Program-made: the position numbers and the translations under genes
Notes under the pieces: model-generated
The model's database searches: none
The model's input: the letters and a program-made list of their open reading frames with translations, nothing else
Told to the model about the DNA's origin: nothing
Part shown: positions 38,301 through 53,300 of the stretch, piece by piece
How the letters are laid out: every line of letters begins with the position of its first letter
Numbering within the stretch: position 1 is the first letter of the stretch
DNA from: Heterodontus francisci
Lineage: Eukaryota
Length of the DNA stretch: 64,000 nucleotides
Reading direction: 5' to 3'
Assembly (NCBI RefSeq): GCF_036365525.1
Contig: NW_027140807.1
Span: 1,674,001-1,738,000 of the forward strand

Positions 38301-41300
38301 TTCCTCCCTCCTTATGCCGACTTGACCTAGAGTAATCAAACATCTGTCCCTAACCTCAACATCCGTCATGTCCCTCTCCTCGGTGAATACCAATGCAAAG
38401 TATTCATTTGGAATCTCACAGATTTTCTCTGACTCCACACATAACTTTCCTCCTTTGTCCTTGAGTGGGCCAATCCTTTCTCTAGTTACCCTCTTGCTCC
38501 TTATATATGAATAAAAGGCTTTGGGATTTTCCTTAACCCTGTTTGCTAATAATATTTCATGACCCCTTTTAGCCCTCTTAATTCCTCGTTTCAGATTGTG
38601 CCTACAATCCCGATATTCTTTCCAAGCTTCGTCATTCTTCAGCCGCCTAGACCTTATGTATGCTTCCTTTTTCCTCTTAGCTGGTCTCACAATTTCACCT
38701 GTCATCCATGGTTCCCTAATCTTGCCATTTCTATCCCTCATTTTCACAGGAACATGTCTCTCCTGCACACTAATCAACCTCTCTTTAAAAGCCTCCCACA
38801 TATCAAATGTGGATTTACCTTCAAACAGCTGCTCCCAATCTGCATTCCCCAGCTCCTGCCGAATTTTGGTATAGTTGTCCTTCCCCCAATTTAGCACTCT
38901 TCCTTTAGGACCACTCTTGTCTTTGTCCATGAGTATTCTAAACCTTACGGAATTGAGATCACTATTCCCAGAGTAGTCCCCTACTGAAACGTCAACCACC
39001 TGGCCCGGCCCATTCCCCAACACCAGGTCCAGTATGGCCCCTTCCCGAGTTGGACTATTTACATACTGCTCTAGAAAACCCTCCTGGATGCTCCTTACAA
39101 ATTCTGCTCCATCTAGACCTCTAACACTAAGTGTATCCCAGTCAATGTTGGGAAAATTAAAATCTCCTATCATCACCACCCTGTTGCTCTGACAGCTTTC
39201 CATAAACTGACTGAGTGGACTGTGATGTCGTGATTGAGGGGATTGGGATGTAGAGAATGCGGGGAGTGGCATGCAGTGATTGAGGAGAGTGGGATGATGT
39301 AATTGAGGGGAGTGGGATGTAGTGAAGGAGGGGAGTGGGATGAAGTAATTGAGGGGAGTGCTATGCAGTGACTGAGGGGAGTGGACTGAGGCAATTGAGG
39401 GGAGTGTGATTGAGCGACTGAGGGGAGTGGGATGCAGTGACGGAGGGGTGTGGGATGATGCAGTTGAGGGGAGTGGGATGATTCAATTGAGGGGAGTGGG
39501 ATGCCGTGACTAAGGGGAGTGGGATGCAGTGACTGCGGGGCGTGGGATGCATTGACTGAGGGGAGTGGGATGCAGTGACTGAGGGGAGTGGGATGATGTA
39601 ATTGAGGGGAGTGGCATGCAGAGACTGAGGGGAGTGGGATGCAGTGGCTGAGGGGAATGGGATGGAGTGACTGAGGGGAGTGGGATGGGCTAACTGAGGG
39701 GAGTGGGATGCAGTGACTGAGGTGCATGGGATGCAGTGACTGAGGGGAGTGGGATGAAGTAATTGAGGGGAGTGGGATGCAGTGACAGAGGGGAGTGGGA
39801 TGCAGTGACTGAGGGGAGTGGGATGATGTAATTGAGGGGAGTGGGATTTCGAGACTAAGGGGATTGAGAAGATATGATTGAAGGGAGTGTGATTCAATGA
39901 CTGAGGGCAGTGACATTTTATGACTGGGTAAAATGTAATGCAGTTCCTGTGCCAACTGGGATACAGTGAGTGTGGACATGTGGATTGTCTCACAATGGTT
40001 TTTATATACACTAGCATCTGTGATTTACTGTACTCTAATCTATCCAGTTCGAACTTTCTCTCACTCCTTCCCTCCCCCATGTTTCTTTCCCTTTATTACA
40101 CATCCAGAGACTTCAACAACCTCAAGAACCAAGGAGCAAACAACTCCACAATCCATTGAGAAAGCACCATCTAACCCAATCGATACTTTCACCTCAGGTG
40201 TCAGTTTTATGTTGTTCAATCGGGACGGGTTGATTCTTACACTGACTGCCTGATTTGGGTGAATGGAATCTACCGCACAGGAAGAGGCCACTCGGCCCCT
40301 CTTGCTACTCCTCTTCATCTAACCTTTTCCTTCCTTTTCCTTTCTCCCTCAGGTGTTTAACCAGATTTACCTTAAATTTCATTTCCCTCGACCATTCAGG
40401 ATTAATTCTACATTCTCACTACACCTTGGTGTACTTGTCCATAGTTCACTGAAGGCAGCAGCACAGGTCGATCATGTGGTTTGGAAGGTATATGGGATAC
40501 TTGCCTGTCTTAGCCGAGGCACAGAATATAAGAGCAGGGCGGTTATGATGGAGCTGTACAAAACGCTAGTTTGGCCACAGCTGGAGTACTGAGAACAGTT
40601 CTGGGCACCACAATATAGGAAGGATGTGATTGCACTGGAGAGGGTGCAGAGGAGATTCACCAGGAGGTTGCCTGGGCTGGAGCATTTCAGCTGAGAAAAG
40701 AGGCTGGATAGGCTATGGTTGTTTACCTTAGAGCAGAGAAGGCTGAGGGGGGACCTGATTGAGGTATACAAAATTATGAGGGGCGTTGATCGGTTAGATT
40801 GGAAGAAACTATTTCCCTTAGCGGAGGGGTCAGTAACCAGGAGGAATAGACTTAAGATAAAAGGCAAGAGGTTTATAGGCGATTTGAGGAAACAGATTTT
40901 CACCCTGAGGGTGGTTGGAATCTGGAACACACTGTCTGAAGAGGTGGTAGAGGCATGAACCCTCACAACATTTAATAAGTATTTAGATAAGCACTTGAAA
41001 CGCCGCAGCATACATGATTACGGGCCAAGTGCTGGAAAATGGGATTAGAATAGCGACGTGCTTGATGATCGGCATGGACACGATGGGCCGAAGGGCCTGT
41101 TTCCATGCTGTATAATTGTATGAGTCTAGGGCTGTGACGCACTTTTGAGTAAAGAGGCTTCCTCTGAAATCACCACTGGATTTACTTGTGACAGTTTTAT
41201 TTTCTATCCCTCTCTCTCCACCCTCCTCTCCCACTACCTCTTTCTGCACTTCCTGTCAGTATCTCTTTTGCTCTCTGTGTATCTTTCTCTTTATATCTCT

Positions 41301-44300
41301 ATATTTGCTCTCTCTCTCACTGCCATTTTCACTCAGTCTCTGTCTATCTCTATCTGACAATTTCGTTTTCCCTCTGTCTCTCTCTTTATCTCTGTAACTC
41401 ACTGCTCTCACCCTTTCGCTTCTTCTCTCGCTGTCTGTATCTGTTGCTCTCACTCTCGGACTCTTTCTTGATCTCTCACATTTTCTATCGCTCTCTTTCT
41501 TCTCATTTTTCTCTCCCTCTGTTGCCCTCTTTCACTCTGTCTCCCACTCTCACTGTCTCTAACTCTCACACATTATCTCTCACTCGCAGTGACTGAGGGC
41601 AGTGGGATGCATTGACTGATGGGAGTGGGATGCATTGACTGAGGGGAGTGGGATGTAGTGACTAAGGGCAGTGCAATGTAAAGGCAGAGGGATGGTGGGG
41701 TGTAGTGACTGAGAAGAGTGGGATAGACTGATGGAGGTGAACGGGATGCAATGACTGAGGGGACTGGGATGGAGTGGCTGAGCGGAGTTGTGTGAAAGGT
41801 TTGAGGGGAGTGAGTTGCAGTGAATGAGGGGAATGGAATACTGTGACTGATATTAGATCCAGAGAGTGAGGGAGAGTGGGATGCCGTGACTGAGGGCAGT
41901 GCGATGGCCTGACTGAGGGAGTGGGATGTTGTGACTGAGGGAAGTGGGAGTGCGAGTTAGAGCCTGAGAGGAGTGGGATGTAGTGACAGAGGGAGGTGGG
42001 ATGCAGTGACTGAGGGGAGTGGGATAGACTGACGGAGCTGAGTGGGATGTAGTGACCTATGGGAGTGGGATGCGGTGACTGAGGGGAGTGGAATGTAGAG
42101 ACCGAGGGTTGTGGGTTACACAGGCTGAGGGGAGTGTAATACAGTGACTGAGGGGAGTGTGATACAGTGACTGAGGGGAGTGGGATACAGCGACTGAGGG
42201 GAGTGGGCAAAAGCGACTGAGGGGAGTGGGATACAGCGACTGAGGGGCATGGGACACAGCGACTGAGGGGAGTGGGATACAGTGACTGAGGTGAGTGGGA
42301 TACAGTAATGTAGTGATAAGGATGGAAGATGATGGATTTATAAAGATTGATATCTCACTTTCTCCTGACACTCGTACCATCCTGTCGAAATGTTGTGTTT
42401 TTCTCCATCTCTCACTCTGCAATGTTTGCCTCCCTTTCTAACAGAGCCCATGACTTCCCAAACTCAGGAATCCGAGGAACAATCGACTGGAGAATCCATT
42501 GAGGTTTCATCCTCTATCCTAGTGGGCTCTGGAACCCTAGGTATCTGCCGTGCCGGACTATAATTATAGAATGATGGAATCAGAGACTGGTTACAGCACA
42601 GAAAGAGGCCATTCAGCCCATCGTCACCGTGCCAGCTCTCTGCCAGAGCAATCCACCTACTCGCTCTCCTGCCATTTCCCCATCACCCAGCAGACTGTTT
42701 CTCCTATGATAATTTTCCAATTCCCTTTTGAAAGCCTCAATTGAACCTGCCTCCAGCGCACTCTCAGGCAGTGCACTCCAGACCCTAACCACTCGCTGTG
42801 TGAAAAGGTTTTCCTGTCTCTGTTGCTACTTTTACCACTCACCTAAAACCGGTGTCCTCTGGTTCTGGATTCTCCCACCAATGGGAACAGTTTCTCCCTG
42901 TCTGCTCTGTCCACATCCCTCGTGATTTTGAAAACCTCCATCAAATCTTCTCTTAATCTTCTCTTCTCCAGGGAGAACAGCCCCATCTTCTCCAATCTAT
43001 CCAAGTAACTGACGTCCCTCATCCTGGGAAACATTCTTGTAAATCATCTCCGCACCCTCTCGAATACCTTAACATCCTTTCTAAGTATTAACCGCTCTCA
43101 CGACCTGTCTTGCCACCTTCAATGATCTGTGCACATGTGCCCCCAGGTCCCTCTGCCCCTGCACCCCTTTCCAATTGTATCCTTTATTTTATATTGCCTC
43201 TCCTCCTTCTTCCGACCAAAATGCATCACTTCACAATTCTCTGCATTAAATTTCATCTGCCACTTGCCTGCCCATTCCACAGGTCTGCCTAAGTCCACTT
43301 GAAGTCCATCACTATCCTTCTCACTGTTCACAACACTTCCAGGTCTTGTGCCCTCCACAAATAAGGTTGTTGAGCTGCAGGCGCAGATAGCCACGTGGAA
43401 ATATGCTGTTGTGGCAATAACCGAGTCCTGGTTCTAAGAGAGGCAGGACTGGGTAGTGAATATTCCTGACTACAAGGTGTTCAGGAAAGAGAGGGGAGGA
43501 AGGAAAGGAGGAGGGGCATCAGTATTGTTTAAGGGGAGAATTACAGTGCTGGAAGGAGATGATGTCGCAGAGGAACCAAGGATAGAATCCATCAGATTAA
43601 AGTGAAACAACGAAAGAAATACCATGACCTTTCTGGGTGTATGTTCTAGGCCAACAACTAGTGGGAAAGATATAGATGAACAGATTTGCATAGAGCAACC
43701 AAGAGATGCAAGAGTTAAAGTGTAGATATATCATTGGGCAATAATTATCTGAATATAGTCTGGAATAGTAATAGTGTAAAGGGCACAGAGGGACAAGAGT
43801 TTCTCGAATATGTTCAGGAGAATTTCCTACGTCAGTTTGTTTCCAGTCCAACGAGGAAGGAGGCATTGCTGGATCTGATTCTGGGAAATGAGGTTGGACA
43901 AGTGAATTAAGGGTCAGCCGGGGAATATTTGGGGACAGTGACCAGCGTATCATATGGTTTAGGTTGGCAATGGAAAGTGACAAGGAGAAATCCAGAGGAA
44001 AGATAATTCATTGAGGGAGAACCAATCTCAATAGAGTGAGAACAGATCTGACCCAAATAATCTGGAATCATATTACAGAGTCCCACACTGTGACGCCTGA
44101 AGTGCTCATTCCAAGAGACGCATCCAGTCTCTTAATGATGGAGTGTGGGGCAATGATAGAGGGCAGTTGGAAAACAGTGACTGAGGGGAGAGGGATCTCG
44201 TGACTGAGGGGGGCGGGGTGGGATGCAGTGACCGAGGGGATTGGGATGCAGTGACTGAGGGCAGCGGGACATAGTGACTGAGGGCAGTGGGACATAGTGA

Positions 44301-47300
44301 CTGAGGGCAGTGAGATTTAGTGACTGAAGGGAGTGTGATGTATTGACTGTGCGCATTGGGATACAGTGACTGAGGAGATTGGGATACAGTGACTGAGGAG
44401 ATTGGGATACAGTGTCTGAGGGGAGTGTGATGCAGCAACTGAGGGGAGTGTGATACAGTCAATGAGGGAAGAGCGATACAGCGACTGAGGGAACGGTGAT
44501 ACAGTGACTGAGGGAAGTGTGATACACTGACTGAGGGAAGAGCGATACAGTGAGAAAGGGGAGTGTGATACAGGGACTGAGGGAGTGTGACATAGTGACT
44601 GAGGGGAGAATGATACAGCGACTGAGGGGAGTGTGATACAGCGACTATGGCAGTGTGATACAGTGACTGAGGGGAGTGTGATACAGGGACTGAGGGGAGT
44701 GGAATACAGTGACTGAAGGGAGTGTGATACAGTGACTGAGGGGATGGGACACAGTGACTGAGGGGAGTGTGATGCAGCGACTGAGGAGAGTGTGATACAG
44801 CGACTGAGGGGCGTGTGATTCAGTGACTGAGGGGAGTGTGGAACAGTGACTGAGAGGAGTGTGATACATTGACTGAGGGGAGTGCGATACAGTGACTGAG
44901 GGGAGTGGGATCGGGCGACTGAGATGACTGTGATACAGTGACTGAGATGAGTGTGATGCAGTGACTGAGGGGAGTGTGATAGAGACAGAGGGGAGTGTGA
45001 CGCCGTGACTGAGGGGAGTTTGACACAATAATGTAGTGAACAGATGGAAGATTATGGTTTTATAAAGATTGATATCTGACATTCTCCTGACACTAGTACC
45101 ATCCTTTTGACCTGTTGTGTGTTTCTCCGTGTCTCACTCTGCAATGTCTCCCTCCCTTTATTACAGAACCCGTGACTTACGAAACTCAAGAATCCGAGGA
45201 ACAATCGACTGCAGAATCCACTGAGGGGCCCTCCTGTATCCCAGCGGGCTCTGGAAGCTCAGGTATCTGCCTTGTGGGGTTATCATCGCAGAATCATGGA
45301 ATCATAAACCGGTTACAGCACAGAAAGATGCCGTTCAGACAATCGTCACCGTGCCAGCTCTCTGCCTGAGCAACTCAACTGCTCCCACTCCCGCTCCCAC
45401 TCCCACTCCCACTCATTTCCCCATCTCCCTGCAGATTGTTTCTCCTATGATAATTATCCAATTCCCTTTTGAAAGCCTCAATTGAACCTGCCTCCAGCAC
45501 ACTCTCAGGCAGTGCATTCCAGACCCTAACCACTCGCTGTGTGAAAAGATTTTCCTGTCTCTGTTGCTACTTTTACCACTCACTTAAAGCCAGTGCCTTC
45601 TGGTTCTGGATCCTCCCACCAATCGGAACAATTTCTCCCTGTCTACTCTGTCCACATCCCTCGTGATTTTGAACATCTCGGTCAAAACACCTCTTAATCT
45701 TCTCTTCTCCAGGGACAAGAGCCCCAGTTTCTCCAATGTATCCATGTTACTGACGTCCCTCATCCCAGGAACCATTCTCGTAAATCATTTCCGCACCCTC
45801 TCGAATACCTTCACAGCCTTCCTAAGTATTAACCGCTCTCTCGACCTGTCTTGCCACCTTCAATGATTTGTGCACACGTCCGCCCAGGTCCCTCTGCCCC
45901 TGCACCCCCTTTGCAATTGTATCCTTTATTTTATATTGCCTCGCCTCGTTCGTCCGACCAAAATGAATCACTTCACAATTCTCTGCGTTAAGTTTCATCT
46001 GCCACTGTCTGCCAATCCCACCAGCCTGTCTATAACCCCCTGACGTCTATCACTATCCTCCTCACAGTTTACAATACTTCCAGGTTTTGTGTCATCTGCA
46101 AATCTTGAAATTGTGGCATGTACACCCCAGTCTATGTCATTAATATACATCAGGGAAAACAGGGGTCCGAGCAATATTACAGAGCAAAACACAGATGCAC
46201 AGAGAATTAGGAGGGACAGATAACACTGGAGTAGAAAAGAGTAACGTATTAGACAGGGACAGTGTAAGAGGGAAGGTGATGAGCTGTAAATTCAGTTCAA
46301 TGTGTGTGTATATGAGAATGCAATGAGAGTGGTAAAAAAGGTTGTTGAGCTGCAGGCGCAGATAGCCGTGTGGAAATATGCTGTTCTGGCAATAACAGAG
46401 TCCTGGCTCTAAGAGGGGCAGGACCTGGTAGTGAATATTCCTGACTACAAGGTGCTCAGGAAAGGGAGGGATGGAAGGAAAGGAGGAGGGGTATCAGTAT
46501 TGATAAAGAGGAACATTACAGTGCTGGAAAGAGATGATGTCGGAGAGGAACCAAGGATAGAATCCATCAGATTAGAATGAAACAACGAAAGAAATACCAT
46601 TACCTTTCTGGGTGTATTTTATAGGCCAACAAGTAGTGGGAAAGATATAGAGGAACAGATTTGCATAGAGCAACCAAGAAGTGCAAGAGTTAAAGTGTAG
46701 ATATATCGTTGGGCTTTAGTTATCTGAATATAGACTGGGATAGTAATAGTGTAAAGGGCAGAGAGGGACAAGAATTTCTAGAGTGTGTCCAGAAGGATAC
46801 CCTCCGTCAGTTTGTTTCCAGTCCAATGAGGAAGGAGGCATTGCTGGATCTGGTTCTGGGAAATGTGGTTGGACAAGTGAATTATGGGTCAGTCGGGGAA
46901 CATTTAAGGGACAGTGACCATCATATCATGTAGTTTAGGTTGGCAATGGAAAAGGACAATGAGAAATCCGGAGGAAAGATAATTCATTGAGGGAGAACCA
47001 ATCTCAATAGAGTGAGAACAGATCTGACCCAAATAAACTGGAATCATATTATAGACACACATAGCGTGACAGCTGAAGTGCTCAGTCTCAGTGACCCATC
47101 CAGTCTCTTACTGATGGAGTGTCGGCAAATGACAGAGGACAGTGGGATATAGTGACCGAGGGGAGTGGGATGTAGTGTCTGAGGGGTGAGGGATGTAATG
47201 ACTGAGGGGAGAGGGATATAGTGACTGTGGGCAGTGGGATATAGTGAGTGAGGGGAGAGGGATGCAGTGACTGAGGGGAATGGGACATCGTGACTGAGGG

Positions 47301-50300
47301 GAGTTGGATATAGTGACTGTGGGCAGTGGGACATAGTGATTGAGGGTACTGTGATAAAGTGACTGAGGGGAGTATGATACAGTCACTGAGGGGAGTGGGA
47401 TGCAGCGACTGAGGGTTGTGTGATAGTGTGACTGTGGGGAGTGGGATACAGTGACTGAGAGGAGTGTGATACAGTGACTGAGAGTGTGATGCAGTGACTG
47501 AGGGGCGTGTGATGCAGTGACTGAGGGGAGTGTAATACAGCGACTGAGGAGAGTCTGAGACAGCGACTGAGGGGAGTGAGATACAGCGACTGGCGTGTGC
47601 GTGATACAGTGACTGAGGTGAGTGTGATACAGTGAGTGAGGGGAGTGTGATAAAGGGACTGAGGTGATTGTGATTCAGTGACTGAGGGGAATGTGATACA
47701 GTGACTGAGGGGAGTGTGACATAGGTACTGAGGTGAGTGTGATACAGTGACTGAGGGGAGTGTGACGCAGCAATATATTGAACAGGATGGAAGATAATGG
47801 TTTTATATAGATTGTTATCTGTCATTCTCCTGACACGAGCACCATCCTGTTGACCTGTTGTGTTTTTCTCCATGTCTCACTTGGCAATGTCTCCCTCCCT
47901 TTATTACAGAACCCGTGACTTCCCAAACTCAGGAATCCGAGGAACAATCGACTAGAGAATCGACTGAGGTTTCATCCTCCACCCCAGCGGGCTCTGGAAG
48001 CTCAGGTACCTGTCTTGTGGGGTCATCATTGCAGAATCATGGAATCAGAGACTGGTTACAGCACAGAAAGAGCCCGTTGAGCCCATCGTCACTGTGACAG
48101 CTCCATGCCTGTGCAACTCACCTACTCCCACTCCTGCTATTTCCCCGTCGCACTGCAGATTGTTTCTCCAATGACAATTTTCCAATTCCCTTTTGAAAGC
48201 CTCAATTGAACCTACCTCCAGCACACTCTCAGGCAGTGCATTTCAGATCCTAACCACACGCTGTGTGAAAAAGTTTTACTGTCTCTGTTGTAATTTTTGC
48301 CACTCACCTAAAACCGGTGCCCTCTAGTTCTGGATCCTCCCACCAATGTGACTTAGGGGAGTGGGGCATAGTTAGTGGGGGAGAGAGATGTAGTGACTGA
48401 GGGGAGAAGGTTGCACTGACCGAGGTGAGTGGGATATAGTGACTGAGGGAAGTGGGACATTGTGACTGAGGGCAGTGGGATATAGTGAGTGAGGGGAGAG
48501 GGATGTAGTGACTGAGGGGAGTGGGACATAGTGACTGAGGGGAGTGGGATGTAGTTACTGAGGCCAGTTGGACATAGTGATCGAGGGCAGTGGGATGTCG
48601 TGACTGAGGGGAGTGAGATATAGTGAGTGAGGGGAGAAGGATATAGTGACTGAGGGGAGTGGGACATAGTGACTGAAGGGTGTGGGATATAGTTACTGAG
48701 GGCAGTAGGACATAGTGATTGAGGGCAGTCGGATATAGTCATCGAGGGGTGCAGAACATAGTGACTGAGGGCAGTGGAACATAATGAATGAGGACAGTGG
48801 GACATATTGTCTGAGGGCAGTGGGATATAGTCATTGAGGGCAGTGGCACATAGTGACTGAGGGCAGTGGGACATAGTGACTGAGCTCAGTGGGATATAGT
48901 CATTGAGGGCAGTGGGACATAGTCACTGAGATGAGTGGGATATAGTGACTGATGGGATAGGGATGCAGTGATTGAGGGCAGTGGGATATAGTGACTGAGG
49001 GCAGTGGTATGTATTCACTGCGCGGAGTGGGATGTGGTAGCTGCGGAGAGTGGGATGCAGTGATTGAGGTGAGTGGGATACAGTGACTGACGGGAGTGGG
49101 ATACAGCGACTGAGGGTAGTATGATACAGTGACTGAGGGGAGTGTGATACAGTGTCTGAGGGGAGAATGATACAGTCACTGAGGGGAGTGTGTTGCAGCG
49201 ACTGAGGGTAGTGTAATCCAGTGACAGAGGGAGTGTGAAACAGTGACAGAGGGGAGCGTGATGCAGTGACTGAGGGGATTGTGATGGAGACTGAGGGGAG
49301 CGTGACGCCGTGACTGAGGGGAGTGTGACATAGTTATGTAGTGAACAGGATGGAAGATAATGGTTTTATAAAGATTGTTATCTGTCATTCTCCTCACACG
49401 AGCACCATCCTGTTGACCTGATGTGTTTTTCTCCATGTCTCACTTTGCAATGTCTCCCTCCCTTTGTTACAGAACCCGTGACTTCCCAAACTCAGGAATC
49501 CGAGGAACAATCGACTGGAGAATCTACTGAGGTTTCATCCTCCACCCCAGCGGGCTCTGGAAGCTCAGGTACCTGTCTTGTGGGGTTATCATCGCAGAAT
49601 CATGGTATCAGAGACTGGTTACAGCACAGGAAGAGGCCATTGAGCCCATCGTCACTGTGACAGCTCTATGCCTGTGCAACTCACCTACTCCTACTCCTGC
49701 CATTTCCCCGTCGCACTGCAGATTGTTTCTCCGATGACAATTTTCCAATTCCCTTTTGAAAGCCTCAATTAAACCTGCCTCCAGCACACTCTCAGGCAGT
49801 GCATTTCAGATCCTAACCACACGCTGTGTGAAAAGATTTTCCAGTCTCTCTTGTGACTTTTACCACTCACCTAAAACCGGTGCCCTCTAGTTCTGGACCC
49901 TCGCACCAATGGGACTTAGGGGAGTGGGACATAGTTACTGAGGGGAGAGGGATGCAGTGACTGAGGGGAGAAGGTTGCACTGACCGAGGGGAGAGGGATA
50001 TAGTGACTGAGGGCAGTGGGACATAATGAGTGAGGGCAGTGGGATAAACTGAGTGAGGGGAGAGGGATGTAGTGACTGAGGGGAGTGGGACATAGTGACT
50101 GAGGGGAGTGGGATGTAGTTTCTGAGGGAAGTTGGACATAGTGATTGAGGGCAGTGGGATGTAGTGACTGAGGGGAGTGAGACATAGTGAATGAGGCAGT
50201 GGGATATAGTGACTGAGGGGAGTGAGACATAGTGAATGAGGCAGTGGGATATAGTGACTGAGGGGAGTGGGATATAGATACTGAGGGCCGTAGGACATCG

Positions 50301-53300
50301 TGATTGAGCGCTGTGGGATATAGTCATTGAGGGGCGAGGGATATAGTGACTGAGGGGAGTGGGACATAGTGACTGAGGGCAGTGGGACATAGTGACTGAG
50401 GGCAGTGGGATATAGTGAGTGAGGGGAGAGGGATGTAGTGACTGAGGGGAGTGGGACATAGTGACTTAGGGTAGTGGGATATAGTGAGTGAGGGGAGAGG
50501 GATGTAGTTACTGAGGGCAGTTGGACATAGTGATTGAGGGCAGTGGGATGTCGTGACTGAGGGGAGTGAGATATAGTGAATGAGGGGAGTGGGATATAGT
50601 GAGTGTGGGGAGAGGGATATAGTGACTGAGGGGAGTGGGACACAGTGACTGAGGGGAGTGGGATATAGTTACTGAGGGCAGTAGGACATAGTGATTGAGG
50701 GCAGTGGGATATAGTCATCGAGGGGTGCGGAACATAGTGACTGAGCAGAGTGGGACATAATGAATGAGGACAGTGGGACATATTGACTCAGGGCAGTGGG
50801 ATATAGGCATTGAGGGGAGTGGGATATAGTCATTGAGGGCAGTGGGACATAGTGACTGAGGGCAGTGGGACATAGTCACTGAGGTGAGTGGGATATAGTG
50901 ACTGATGGGATATGGATGCAGTAATTGAGGGCAGCGTGAGATAGTCACTGAGCAGAGTGGGTCGTAGTGACTGAGGGCAGTGGGATATAGTGACTGAGGG
51001 CAGTGGTATGTATTCACTGTGCGGAGTGGGATGTGGTAACTGCGGAGAGTGGGATGCAGTGACTGAGGTGAGTGGGAGACAGTGACTGAGGGGAGTGGGA
51101 TGTAGTCACTGAGCGGAGTGGGACGTCGTGACTGAGGGCAGTGGGATATAGTGAGTGAGGGGAGAGGGATGTAGTTACTGAGGGCAGTTGGACATAGTGA
51201 TTGAGGGCAGTGGGATGTCGTGACTGAGGGGAGTGAGATATAGTGAATGAGGGGAGTGGGATATAGTGAGTGTGGGGAGAGGGATATAGTGACTGAGGGG
51301 AGTGGGACACAGTGACTGAGGGGAGTGGGATATAGTTACTGAGGGCAGTAGGACATAGTGATTGAGGGCAGTGGGATATAGTCATCGAGGGGTGCGGAAC
51401 ATAGTGACTGAGCAGAGTGGGACATAATGAATGAGGACAGTGGGACATATTGACTCAGGGCAGTGGGATATAGGCATTGAGGGGAGTGGGATATAGTCAT
51501 TGAGGGCAGTGGGACATAGTGACTGAGGGCAGTGGGACATAGTCACTGAGGTGAGTGAGATATAGTGACTGATGGGATATGGATGCAGTAACTGAGGGCA
51601 GCGTGAGATAGTCACTGAGCAGAGTGGGTCGTAGTGACTGAGGGCAGTGGGATATAGTGACTGAGGGCAGTGGTATGTATTCACTGTGCGGAGTGGGATG
51701 TGGTAACTGCGGAGAGTGGGATGCAGTGACTGAGGTGAGTGGGAGACAGTGACTGAGGGGAGTGGGATGTAGTCACTGAGCGGAGTGGGACGTCGTGACT
51801 GAGGGCAGTGGGATATAGTGACTGAGGGCAGTGGTATGTATTCACGGCACGGAATGGGATGTGGTAACTGCGGAGAGTGGGATGCAGTGACTGAGGTGAG
51901 TGGGATACAGTGACTGAGGGGAGTGGGATACAGCGACTGAGGGTAGTATGATACAGTGACTGAGGTGAGTGGGATACAGTGACTGAGGGGAGTGGGATAC
52001 AGCGACTGAGGGTAGTATGATACAGTGTCTGAGGGGAGTGTGATACAGTGTCTGAGGGGAGTATGATACAGTCACTGAGGGGAGTGTGATGCAGCGACTG
52101 AGGGTAGTGTGAAACAGTGACAGAGGGGAGTGTGATGCAGTGACTGAGGGGAGTGTGATGGAGACTGAGGGGAGCGTGACGCCGTGACTGAGGGGAGTGT
52201 GACATAGTAATGTCGTGAACAGGATGGAAGATAATGGTTTTATAAAGATTGTTATCTGTCAATCTCCTCACATGAGCACCATCCTGTTGACCTGATGTGT
52301 TTTCATCCATGTCTCACTTTCCAATGTCTCCCTCCCTTTATTACAGAACCCGTGACTTCCCAAACTCAGGAATACGAGGAACAATCGACTAAAGCATCTA
52401 CTGAGGTTTCATCCTCCACCCCAGCGGGCTCTGGAAGCTCAGGTACCTGCCTTGTGGGGTCATCATCGCAGAATCATGGTATCAGAGACTGGTTACAGCA
52501 CAGAAAGAGGCCATTGAGCCCATCATCACCGTGACAGCTCTATTCCTGAGCAACTCACCTACTCCCACTCCTGCCATTTCCCCATCTCCCTGCAGATTGT
52601 TTCTCCTATGATAATTATCAAATTCACTTTTGAAAGCCTCAATTGAACCTACCTCCAGTACACTCTCAGGCAGTGCATTCCAGATCCTAACCAATCGCTG
52701 TGTGAAAAGGTTTTCCTGTCTCTGTTGCTACTTTTACCACTCACTTAAAACCGGTGTCCTCTGGTTCTGGATTCTCCCACCGATGGGAACAGTTTCTCCC
52801 TGTCTACTCTGTCCACATCCCTCTTGATTTTGAACACCTCGATCAAATCTTCTCTTAATCTTCTCTTCTCCAGGGGAAAGAGCCCCAGCTTCTCCGATCA
52901 ATCCATGTAACTGACGTCCCTCATCCCGGGAACCATTCTTGTAAATCATCTCTGAACCCTCTCGAATACCTTCACATCATTCCTAAGTATTAACCGCTCT
53001 CTCGACCTGTCTTGCCACCTTCAATGATCTGTGCACATGTACCCCCAGGTCCCTCTGCCCCTGCACCCCCTTTACAATTGTATCCTTTATTTTATATTGC
53101 CTCTCCTCCTTCCTCCGACCAAAATGCATCACTTCACAATTCTCTGCATTAAATTTCATCTGTCACTTGCCTGCCCATTCCACAGGTCTGTCTATGTCCA
53201 CTTGAAGTCCATCACTATCCTCCTCACTGTTCACAATACTTCCAGGTCTTGTGCCCTCCACAAATTTTGAAATTCTGCCCTGTACACACAAATGCAACAC

